A model generated the notes under the pieces. It worked only from the letters and a program-made list of their open reading frames with translations, was not told the origin of the DNA and made no database searches. Shown piece after piece: positions 29,222 to 38,512 of a stretch of 64,000 bases of DNA (position 1 is the first letter of the stretch; every line of letters starts with the position of its first letter). The stretch lies in the NCBI GenBank assembly GCA_013285595.1, contig JABDHF010000005.1:5777-69776 (forward strand), written 5' to 3'. The translations under genes were made by a program, and so were the position numbers. Source of the stretch: Bacteroidota bacterium (GTDB lineage Bacteria; Bacteroidota; Bacteroidia; Chitinophagales; Chitinophagaceae).

Positions 29222-32200
29222 TTATTCCTTTATCAGTTTCTCAACTGTTAACTGGTTGCCTGCCTCATCATAAACCATGATGAGATATACACCGCTGGCG
29301 AGGCCGCTGATATCTATGTCCTTTGCTTTCGCCTGCTCTATCAGCACCTTACCTTCAACCCCGCTTATAACTGCACGAACTGCAACACCCGATTCAATAT
29401 GCACTACAGAGCTGGCAGGGTTAGGGTATATCCTTACGTCTGTCTTATTAACCTGTTTGATGCCCAGATATGCTATATCATTTGCCGGAGAGTAGCCATC
29501 GCAGCCATTACTGTCAACAACCAACACACGATAGCTGCCGTTTTCAACCGGAGCATATGAAGAATCGATAGCGCCTGGTATACCTACTGTATTCAGGAAC
29601 CACTGGTAAGCAAGGTAGCCGCCAGATGTTGATAACCTGGTGCCGTCAAAGGTTATTAAAGGTACCGGCAACGGATGTACTATTACATTTACCGTATCGC
29701 TCAATACTGTACAGAAGCCTGATGCACCGGATATATTTACCTCTACAGAGTAAGCGCCAGCGGAATTCGCGGTATAGGTTACGTCAACAGCTCCCGGTAC
29801 CGGCGTAACGCCGTTTAACCATACATAGGTAATAACACCTACAGCTGCGCCTGTATTTACCGTCATTGTTAAATGATTCCCTGCACATAAGCTGTCAGAG
29901 CCAGTATACTCTATTGTTGGGAAGATGCCATTAGAAACATTAATAGTTGCTGAAGTATCGGTACAGCCAAAAGAGTTGGTAACTGCGACTTCATATGTAC
30001 CTGTATTACCGGCATTGAATGTAGTGCCCACAGCGCCTGTTATGGCAGTATCATTGTCAAACCACTGGTAGGTATATACGCCGCTTGTAGCAGACAACAA
30101 TACGCTGCCGCCCAAACAGAAGTCGGTAGGGCCACCAGCCGTTACCGTAGCAACAGGAGTAGGCTCTACACTAATTGCAGTACCTATACTGCAACCTGTA
30201 GGGAAGGTATAAATAATGTTGGTAGTACCCGTTGTAAGGCCATATACAATACCACTCGCAGAGCCTATAGTAGCAATAGATGCATCTGTGCTGGACCATG
30301 AGCCGCCAGCATCAGCATCAGTGACTAATGCCGTTGCACCAGTACATGCCGTAGTGGCGCCGCCGATAGTTGATGGCAGCGGGTTCACCGTTACTGGCGT
30401 TAAAACTGAACAGCCGGTAAGGGTAAGCGTATAAGAGATATTTGTGACGCCGGCAGTAAGCCCGTTAACCACACCGTCGGTAAGGCCCACATTTGCAATT
30501 AAGCCCACTGTAGACCATGTGCCGCCTGGAGTTGGATCTGTAAGGATAATAGAAGATCCCACACATACATTTGAAAGGCCAAATATAGCGGCCGGTAAAG
30601 GATTCACGGTTATTACCGTGCTTGTATTACACCCTGTTGGCAATGAATAAATAATTGTAGTTGTGCCTTCAGCAACGCCGGTCACGATACCACTTACCAG
30701 GCCCACAGTCGCAAGCGACGTGTTAATGCTGCTCCAGCTGCCGGGGCCTCCCGGAGAGCTATTGGTCAATGTGATGGTACTGTTTACACATACTGCGGTA
30801 ACAGGGGCCGTGGTGGCCAGTGGCAGCGGATTGACCGTTACCAGGGCTTGCGCAAGACAGCCTGTAGGAAGCGTGTAAATAATAGCCGTTACGCCTGCAG
30901 ACCCGCCGGTAATAAGGCCGGAACCAGTGCCTACACTGGCAATTGTATTGCTGCCGCTGGTCCAGATACCACCTGTAGTAGCGTCGCTGAACAGGATAGT
31001 TGAGCCCTGGCATACTACTGCAGTAGGGAACGTTATGGCCGCAGGTAAAGGATTAACTGTGAAGTCGAATGTTTTGAAACAACCTGCCGGTAATGTGTAA
31101 GTGATGGTAGTAGTACCTGCCGATGAGCCAGATACCAGGCCTGAGTTCAAGTCTATTGTAGCAACAGATGTATTCAGGCTCGTCCACACACCACCGCTAA
31201 CACCATCTGTAAGTGTGGTTGTAAACGTAGCGCAAATATGATTGACACCGCTGATTGATGTAGGCGTAGGATTCACAGTAACATTGTAGCTAACTGGTGT
31301 ACAGCCGCCGGTAATATAATAAATAACGGCAGGGCCTGCGTTTGTTCCGGTAACATCGCCTGTTGGAGATACAAGCACCAAACCTGGTGTTCCTGTAGAC
31401 CATAAACCACCTGTAGTGCCATCGGTTAAAGTGATTGTACTGCCTACGCAAACTGAGGTTGGTCCTTCGATAGGCAACGGCGCAGGATTAACTGTAAGTG
31501 CGAAACTTACTGAAGGACATGCTACAACTGTATAATAGATAGTATCTGCGCCCGGGGAACTTCCAAAGATCTCACCGGTAGCCGCATTAGCAGTAGCAAT
31601 AAGCGGGAACAAACTGCTCCACATGCCATTTTCGGCCACAGCATCGGTAAAGGTAACAGTAGCGCCTACGCATATCGGAGAGGTACCGATTATAGCGGTT
31701 GGCGGGTCGTTATCAAGCATGTGCGTGGTAACATAGCACCCGGTAGCTGTAATAATATAAGATATAGCAGTTGTACCCACAGATACACCGCTAACCAATC
31801 CCGTTGCATCAACATCTGCTATGCCAGGGAACTGGCTGCTCCACAGGCCATCGGTATTTGTTTCTGTTAATTGGGTTGTGCCTGCAGTACAAACTGCAGT
31901 ATCGCCACCTATTGCAGCAGGTATCGGGTTTATGGTTAAAGGAGCCGTAACAAAGCAGCCTGTACCCATTATATAAGATATTGTTATAGTGCCCTGCGAC
32001 ACTCCGGTAACTAATCCTGTTGGGTCTATTGTTGCCCTGGAGTTGTCTGAGCTTACCCATCCGCCACCAAGTGTAGTTTCTGTTAAATTAATAGTCGCTT
32101 GTTCACACACTACTGTTGGGCCGGCAATCGGGTCAGGAGTTGGGTTAACCGTCATTGACAAAGTAACAAAACAACCTGTAGCAGTAATAGTGTAAGAAAT

Positions 32201-35200
32201 GTCTGTGACGCCTACACCTATGCCCGTTACCAAACCTGTATTGTCTACATCGGCTATGCCTGACGGGAACTGGCTGCTCCAGCCGCCATTTGTATTTGTT
32301 TCGGTGAGCTGCGTTGTACTTCCTGTACATACAGTGGCGCTGCCGCCTATAGGGGCCGGCAACGGATTTACAGTAACGTCTGTTGTAACAAAGCAACCAG
32401 TGCCCAGAATATATGAAATAGTAGACGTGCCCTGCGACACACCACCCACATTTCCACCTGCATCTACCGTAGCAATTATTGTAGCAGAGCTGCTCCACGT
32501 GCCGCCGCCGCTACTTGCTAATGTCGTTGTGCTGCCAGCACATACTACTGCGGTGCCCGTAATTGCTCCCGGAGGATCGTTATCTGTCATTGCCAGGGTT
32601 GCAAAACAACCGGTGGCGCTTACTGTGTACGTAATGTTTGTAGTGCCACCGCCAAAACCTGTTACCACACCGCTGGCAGCATTAACATCGGCAACTGCAG
32701 GAAACTGGCTGCTCCATGTGCCGCCAGTAGTTGCATCGGTCAGTTGCGTAGTGCTTCCTGTACAAACTGATGTTGCACCTGCAATGGCTGCAGGCGTTGG
32801 GTTTACCGTGATATTCTGTATAGCAAAACAACCTGTAGGCTCTATGTAAGAGATAGTAGCTATGCCACCGCCTGCGCCGGTTACATTACCATTAACATCT
32901 ACTGTTGCCACCAAGGCGTTTGAGCTGCTCCAGGTGCCGTCTGTTGCCACTTCTGTAAATGTGGTAACATCGCCCTGGCAGATCACTGTAGTAGTAGTGC
33001 CAAGAGCGGGCGGCGGGTCGCTGTCTGTAATTGTTGAGGTGGCAAAGCAACCAGTGCCCAGCGTATAGGAAATAGTTGATGTGCCCGCAGCCAATCCCTG
33101 TACTACGCCTGTGGTTATATTAACAACGGTCGCTACCACTGTATTCGAGCTGCTCCATGTACCGCCTGAAGTGGCGTCTGTAAATGTGGTAGAGTTTCCC
33201 GTACATACCGCAGCATTAGTAATTGCAGCAGGCAATGGATTAACAGTAACTACTGCCTCCGCCGAACAACCGGTACCGAATGAATAAGAAATAGTGGCTA
33301 CACCTCCGCCTGCTCCTGTCACAATACCTGTGGCATCAACAGTAGCTGCTGCGGTGTTAGAGCTGCTCCATGTGCCACCTGTGCTTGTTTCTGTCAGCGC
33401 CACGGTAGTGCCCTGGCATATAGCCACAGATCCGCCGGTAATAGCTCCCGGAGGGTCGCTGTCTGTAATATCTAAGGTAACAAGGCAGCCTGTGCCTAAA
33501 GTATAAGTTATTGTTGATGTTCCGGCAAGCACACCTGTTACGGCGCCTGAAGCGGGATCTACTGTTGCAACGGTAGTATTAGAACTTATCCAGGTACCGC
33601 CGGTTACTGCATCTGTTAAAGTAGTGATCAGCCCTGTACATACGTTAGGGCCTCCTGCTATTGCGCCAGGCAATGGGTTAACTGTTATTGGCGTAGTCAC
33701 CGCGCATGCATTTACTACTGTATAAGATATATTAGCTACACCGCCAGCTGTTGCACCGGTAACCACTCCAGCGCCGTCTACCGTAGCGGCAGCGGTATTG
33801 TCGCTGCTCCACGTGCCGCCTGTTGTTACATCTGCAAGCGCTACTGTAACTCCGGAACATATTGCCACGGCGCCACCAGTAAGTGGTGATGGTGGGTCTA
33901 CATCGTTAACGCCTACAGTAGCAGCACACCCGGTGCTTGCCGTGAAGGTGATTATGGTAGCTCCTGCCTGAACGCCAAATACCACTCCCGTGGTGAGGCC
34001 TACAGTTGCAATGGTTGTATTAAGGCTGCTCCAGGTACCGCCGCCAGTTGTAGCATCAGTTAATGTAGTTGTGCCGCCGGTACAAACCACTGAAGAACCG
34101 GTAATAGCTGCCGGAAGTGGGTTTACAGTAAATACGGCTGTTATAGGGCAACCCGGAGGTACGATATAAGATATAGTAGTAGTGCCAAGAGTAAGGCCCG
34201 AAACAATTCCCGTGTTTGGGTCAATGGTGGCAACGGCAGCATTTGTGCTGCTCCAGGTCCCGCCGGTAGTAGCATCAGTAAGTGTTGTGGTTGTTCCTGC
34301 ACATAAAGAGTGCGACCCTGTTATTGCCGGCGGTGTTGCAATTACCGTCATAGTAGTTGTGGTAGAACAACCGGTAGATGCCGACGTAAACGTAATGGTA
34401 GCCGTACCAGGGCCTATACCATAGGTAACCCCTGTAGGATAGATCAATGCGATGCCCGTATTAGAGCTGCTCCAGTTACCGCCGCCGCCGCCGTCGTGCA
34501 AGGTAGTGTTACTTCCCTGGCACTCTGATGTAGCGCCCGTAATAGCCGGTGGCGCTGTTGATGGGTTAACAATTAAGTTCGCACTGGCAAAACATCCGCT
34601 TGGCAAGGTATATAATATAGTAGCAGAGCCGCCCGAAAGCGCGGTGGCAACGCCTGTGGTGCTCACCGTAACAACGGCAGAAGCCGAGCTGCTCCACACA
34701 CCGCCGGTGGTGGCATCGTTAAGGCTTAAGTTTGTACCCACGCAGATCACAGTGGCGCCGCCGGTAATATTTGCCGGGCCATCAACGTCAGTAATAGTTA
34801 CCGTATCCAGGCAGCCAGCGCCTGTAGTATAAGTTACAATGGCAGTTCCTGATGAAACCCCGCTCACAGTGCCTGTGGCGCTGATGGTGGCGGCGCTTGT
34901 TCCTGAAATACTCCAGGCGCCGCCTGTAGTAGCATTGGTAAGATTTAAAGTGCGCCCGGTACAAACGTTTGTGCCGCCCAGTATAGGTGCAGGTGTGCCA
35001 TTCACCGTAACAGCAGCAGTAACAGCTGTAGCCGTAGAAGCCACCGTGCCGCAAGTATTGATGGCGGTTACAGTATACACGCCGCTCGATGCCGGAGTTA
35101 CTACATTAGTTGCAATAGCAGTAGCGGCCGTAAAAGTATTGGGGCCATTCCACGAAAAGCTGGTGGCGCCGGCAGCACTACCGGTGAGTGTTAATGTATT

Positions 35201-35827
35201 GCCTTCACATAGCGTGGTTGGGGTTGCTGCAGCAGTAACCGCCGTTGGCGCATTACAATAAGTTATAGTAAGGTAAGGTGCATGTATCCCGTTTGTTGCA
35301 GAACTGCCTGTTTCCCCGGTAATAGTATACACGCGGGCATTACCACCTGTAAAGCAGATAGAAACGTTGCTGCCTAACCGGCCGGTAATATAAGTATTTC
35401 CGGCAGCAGTAAAGTTTTGGGTTCCATTTCCAGCTGCTGTTCCATAAGTTGTAGTAGCAAGCGATGTGCCTGATCCCATATCCGTAAACAGGGTGCCCGC
35501 AGCGGTTACCGTAGACAGGTCACCCGAAAAACCCAGGGTATTCCAGCCCGACGGCGTACCGGCACCTGCATAGGTAGCCACGTTAAACCCAAGTGTACAC
35601 GATGTTACCGCAACGCCAGCCGGAAGGCTGCTCAGGTCAAACACAGCATAACCTCTGCGCGTATTGGCAGTAGTTACAATATTGCCGTCTGCACGAACAG
35701 TTGTTGTAGAGGTGCCTGTTTTGAACGATCCTGCGGCGCCGGTCGCGAAAATTGTTACAGTAGTAGTTTGTGAAAGGGCAACCAAACTCATGCAACACAG
35801 TAAGAATAATAGATAGACTTTTTTCAT
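29222..35827 (-). CDS. Large T9SS-secreted Ig-like repeat protein (about 2200 aa, 22 repeats)
   Basis: Start at ATG 35827 (MKKVYLL...ALS-Q); 22 counted GxWS-type repeats; C-terminal IYPNP...LASGVYLI...KLIKE. Confidence 0.9.
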   Translation of the reverse strand: MKKVYLLFLLCCMSLVALSQTTTVTIFATGAAGSFKTGTSTTTVRADGNIVTTANTRRGYAVFDLSSLPAGVAVTSCTLGFNVATYAGAGTPSGWNTLGFSGDLSTVTAAGTLFTDMGSGTSLATTTYGTAAGNGTQNFTAAGNTYITGRLGSNVSICFTGGNARVYTITGETGSSATNGIHAPYLTITYCNAPTAVTAAATPTTLCEGNTLTLTGSAAGATSFSWNGPNTFTAATAIATNVVTPASSGVYTVTAINTCGTVASTATAVTAAVTVNGTPAPILGGTNVCTGRTLNLTNATTGGAWSISGTSAATISATGTVSGVSSGTAIVTYTTGAGCLDTVTITDVDGPANITGGATVICVGTNLSLNDATTGGVWSSSASAVVTVSTTGVATALSGGSATILYTLPSGCFASANLIVNPSTAPPAITGATSECQGSNTTLHDGGGGGNWSSSNTGIALIYPTGVTYGIGPGTATITFTSASTGCSTTTTMTVIATPPAITGSHSLCAGTTTTLTDATTGGTWSSTNAAVATIDPNTGIVSGLTLGTTTISYIVPPGCPITAVFTVNPLPAAITGSSVVCTGGTTTLTDATTGGGTWSSLNTTIATVGLTTGVVFGVQAGATIITFTASTGCAATVGVNDVDPPSPLTGGAVAICSGVTVALADVTTGGTWSSDNTAAATVDGAGVVTGATAGGVANISYTVVNACAVTTPITVNPLPGAIAGGPNVCTGLITTLTDAVTGGTWISSNTTVATVDPASGAVTGVLAGTSTITYTLGTGCLVTLDITDSDPPGAITGGSVAICQGTTVALTETSTGGTWSSSNTAAATVDATGIVTGAGGGVATISYSFGTGCSAEAVVTVNPLPAAITNAAVCTGNSTTFTDATSGGTWSSSNTVVATVVNITTGVVQGLAAGTSTISYTLGTGCFATSTITDSDPPPALGTTTTVICQGDVTTFTEVATDGTWSSSNALVATVDVNGNVTGAGGGIATISYIEPTGCFAIQNITVNPTPAAIAGATSVCTGSTTQLTDATTGGTWSSQFPAVADVNAASGVVTGFGGGTTNITYTVSATGCFATLAMTDNDPPGAITGTAVVCAGSTTTLASSGGGTWSSSATIIATVDAGGNVGGVSQGTSTISYILGTGCFVTTDVTVNPLPAPIGGSATVCTGSTTQLTETNTNGGWSSQFPSGIADVDNTGLVTGIGVGVTDISYTITATGCFVTLSMTVNPTPDPIAGPTVVCEQATINLTETTLGGGWVSSDNSRATIDPTGLVTGVSQGTITISYIMGTGCFVTAPLTINPIPAAIGGDTAVCTAGTTQLTETNTDGLWSSQFPGIADVDATGLVSGVSVGTTAISYIITATGCYVTTHMLDNDPPTAIIGTSPICVGATVTFTDAVAENGMWSSLFPLIATANAATGEIFGSSPGADTIYYTVVACPSVSFALTVNPAPLPIEGPTSVCVGSTITLTDGTTGGLWSTGTPGLVLVSPTGDVTGTNAGPAVIYYITGGCTPVSYNVTVNPTPTSISGVNHICATFTTTLTDGVSGGVWTSLNTSVATIDLNSGLVSGSSAGTTTITYTLPAGCFKTFDFTVNPLPAAITFPTAVVCQGSTILFSDATTGGIWTSGSNTIASVGTGSGLITGGSAGVTAIIYTLPTGCLAQALVTVNPLPLATTAPVTAVCVNSTITLTNSSPGGPGSWSSINTSLATVGLVSGIVTGVAEGTTTIIYSLPTGCNTSTVITVNPLPAAIFGLSNVCVGSSIILTDPTPGGTWSTVGLIANVGLTDGVVNGLTAGVTNISYTLTLTGCSVLTPVTVNPLPSTIGGATTACTGATALVTDADAGGSWSSTDASIATIGSASGIVYGLTTGTTNIIYTFPTGCSIGTAISVEPTPVATVTAGGPTDFCLGGSVLLSATSGVYTYQWFDNDTAITGAVGTTFNAGNTGTYEVAVTNSFGCTDTSATINVSNGIFPTIEYTGSDSLCAGNHLTMTVNTGAAVGVITYVWLNGVTPVPGAVDVTYTANSAGAYSVEVNISGASGFCTVLSDTVNVIVHPLPVPLITFDGTRLSTSGGYLAYQWFLNTVGIPGAIDSSYAPVENGSYRVLVVDSNGCDGYSPANDIAYLGIKQVNKTDVRIYPNPASSVVHIESGVAVRAVISGVEGKVLIEQAKAKDIDISGLASGVYLIMVYDEAGNQLTVEKLIKE

Positions 35828-36122
35828 AGAATGTTTAATAATAAAACCAGGTGAAGTATACTTCGGCAATAGCAAAAAAATTGCTGACCAATTTTAATCA
35901 ATTGCCACACATAACTTGTCTAATATTTAATTAACTATAATTTATATGCTATATTTTGGGAAAAATAAGACGATTCCCGTTATAAAACAAATCTGCTAAC
36001 CATTTTTTTAATAAACTATTTTATTAATAATGTAACCATTTCTAAATTGATAGATCACATTTACAAATCACTATACATTTGCAAATGTAAATAAACCATA
36101 ATAAATAAAACGATTTTTCTTA

Positions 36123-37001
36123 TCAATTTCTCCGGTCAATGCCCCAATAGAGTTTCTGCCGTATCGTCTTCAGGAAATTATGCTCATCGGGCCTTACCAG
36201 TGATACCATAAAGCTCTCCCTTTTTACCGCCAGCTGCACATGGCTGTTTATGGTTTCGGTACGGGCATCGAGCGTGCATAAAAATTGCTCTGTGCGTCCT
36301 TCTATTTCAAAGGAGATGACATTATCATCAGGCACCACTATTGGCCTGGTATTCAGGTTGTGGGGAGCTACCGGGGTAATGACGAAGCTGGAGGTTTGCG
36401 GAAAGACCACCGGCCCTCCACAGCTTAGCGAATAACCGGTAGAGCCCGTAGGCGTTGCTACAATAAGTCCATCAGCCCAATACGTATTAAGAAATTCTCC
36501 ATTCAAATAGGTGTGTATCTTGATCATAGACGAGGTATCCTGCCTATGTATAGTAAATTCATTTAATGCAAATGGTGCGCCGTTAAAAAGCGGAACGCTG
36601 GAATCCAGATGAATCAATGTTCTTTTCTCTAATGTATAAGAACCCTTTACTAACGACATTATTGCTGCCTCCACTTCATCTTCCGGAATGGCAGCAAGAA
36701 ACCCTAATCTCCCCAGGTTGACCCCAATAAGCGGTATATTGCTGTTGCCTACAAAGCACACGGCATCCAGCATAGTGCCATCGCCGCCAAAGCTAAACAG
36801 CATATCGGTATGAGGTGGCAGGTCTTTTTTACCTGTAAACAGGCGGGGTGTTTTGTCAAATGTTATATGGGGCTGTAGCCGCTCGTAAAATTCTTTGTAG
36901 AAAACCAGCGATAGTTTATGCTGCTCCAGTAATTTCAAAATGCGCAGCAGAACCGGTACATCCAGCTCGTCAAATGTCCTGTTGTATAACGCTACTAGCA
37001 T
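36123..37001 (-). CDS. nadK: NAD kinase
   Basis: GGDGT, GVNLGRLGFL, ALNE, DGLIVATPTGSTGYSLSCGGP. Confidence 0.96.
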   Translation of the reverse strand: MLVALYNRTFDELDVPVLLRILKLLEQHKLSLVFYKEFYERLQPHITFDKTPRLFTGKKDLPPHTDMLFSFGGDGTMLDAVCFVGNSNIPLIGVNLGRLGFLAAIPEDEVEAAIMSLVKGSYTLEKRTLIHLDSSVPLFNGAPFALNEFTIHRQDTSSMIKIHTYLNGEFLNTYWADGLIVATPTGSTGYSLSCGGPVVFPQTSSFVITPVAPHNLNTRPIVVPDDNVISFEIEGRTEQFLCTLDARTETINSHVQLAVKRESFMVSLVRPDEHNFLKTIRQKLYWGIDRRN

Positions 37002-37007
37002 AAAAAC

Positions 37008-38402
37008 TTACTCGCTGTTAAAGTGTAAATATAATCCATTTTGCCCCAAATGATTCCACGCATACTCAAAGCGAAACTTAATGTCGTATAATGTTATAAT
37101 ATCCACCCCAAAGCCGGCGCTATACAATAGCCTGTTGCTCAAAAAGCTATTTCCCGGCGATGGGCTGTTTATATAGCCTGCATCAACAAATATTTTCGGG
37201 TAGATGCGTATCGGCAGTGCCGTAAAATACTTCACCGGCAGTGAATAAGTGTTATTAAAGAGCTCTCGTTTCAGGTCTAGCCGCGCCAGCCCATAGTTAC
37301 TGCCATCAACCACATAATATTCGTACCCCCTTACATAGTCAGTTTGTGTGCCTAGTCCTCCCCGGAAATAATAGGGCTGCTCCTGCGGATACATCAGCCT
37401 GCCACGGAACACAGCTGCAAAATACCATTTAGGAATTATGTTTTTAAATAACCCGGCCTCCACATTGGCGTAGCTCTGAAAATTGATCCCTTCAAAACCC
37501 CTCCTCGCTACGGCATTTACAACCATTTTAAATCCTTCCAACGAATAATTCCAGTTATCCACCCCATTAAATTCATAACGATAATATAACTCTATGAACC
37601 TGGCCCGGTCTGCTTTACCAGTAAAGTAACCGGGATTGAGTTTTAGTACTGTGTCACCCACCCTATAATCTTTGTAATTGAGCTGGAAGATGTGCTTAGA
37701 TGCGTAAGCAGGCCGGTATAGGTAACTGATGCCTCCCTCTGCCTGCCGCAGTATTATGGGTCCGTTATACGTGCCGGCATACACCAGCTTGTTAGAGTCG
37801 GTATTATAATAGGTTTGCCTGCTCTGTGCCGCGCTCAGCGAGAACCCAAAACCATTGGTCTGCCCCTTATTCACATAGGGCCGCATATAGCTGATCCCTA
37901 ATTTTTGAGTATAGCCTTCCTGCACGGTCACCGCCAGCGTTTCCAGGTTACCCCTGAAATTCTTATCCGTCAGGGTAAGGCCGGCCATAGCCCGGCGCAG
38001 GTCGTGGTTTTCCTTTACGTACCAGGTATTAAAATTCCGGTCGGCATACTGAATAGTAAGAGACGGGATAATGTACCATCGTTCTTTAAGGGTTATATAC
38101 CAATCTACAGTGTTGCCATTCTGCTCTGTGCGCTGCTCCACTTCATTAAAAAGTTGCAGGTTAAAGAGGCGCAGCTTATTCTCATCGAGCAGGGCTTGTA
38201 TAGAATCGAGAGTAAGTATATCCCCTTCATGCACACTCAGCTCCCTGAGTATTACTGACCGCCGCGTCACTCTATTACCCTCAATAATAATTTTACGCAG
38301 GGTAATGGCCTCCCTGGTATTGCCGCTCAGTCCTCCACGTCCCTGGCCATTCGCCCCGGAATAAATAAACAGGTAAAAAAAAAGAAGCGAAAAATATTTC
38401 AT
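37008..38402 (-). CDS. POTRA-domain Omp85/TamA-like outer membrane protein
   Basis: IIIEGNRVTRRSVILREL POTRA, VRGY loop-6 motif, C-terminal beta strands. Confidence 0.82.
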   Translation of the reverse strand: MKYFSLLFFYLFIYSGANGQGRGGLSGNTREAITLRKIIIEGNRVTRRSVILRELSVHEGDILTLDSIQALLDENKLRLFNLQLFNEVEQRTEQNGNTVDWYITLKERWYIIPSLTIQYADRNFNTWYVKENHDLRRAMAGLTLTDKNFRGNLETLAVTVQEGYTQKLGISYMRPYVNKGQTNGFGFSLSAAQSRQTYYNTDSNKLVYAGTYNGPIILRQAEGGISYLYRPAYASKHIFQLNYKDYRVGDTVLKLNPGYFTGKADRARFIELYYRYEFNGVDNWNYSLEGFKMVVNAVARRGFEGINFQSYANVEAGLFKNIIPKWYFAAVFRGRLMYPQEQPYYFRGGLGTQTDYVRGYEYYVVDGSNYGLARLDLKRELFNNTYSLPVKYFTALPIRIYPKIFVDAGYINSPSPGNSFLSNRLLYSAGFGVDIITLYDIKFRFEYAWNHLGQNGLYLHFNSE

Positions 38403-38512
38403 CTTTAAAAATCAAGGCAAGATAAAAAAGTTTGTAGCAAGCAATGCTCAACCCGGCATATTTACAACATTCTGTATTTATTGCTTAACTTTATTCCTAA
38501 ACCCAGGCACAA

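Noticed and set aside
24102-35261. Many plus-strand Val/Pro-rich ORFs opposite the T9SS repeat genes
   Set aside because: Antisense shadows of Thr/Gly-rich repeats
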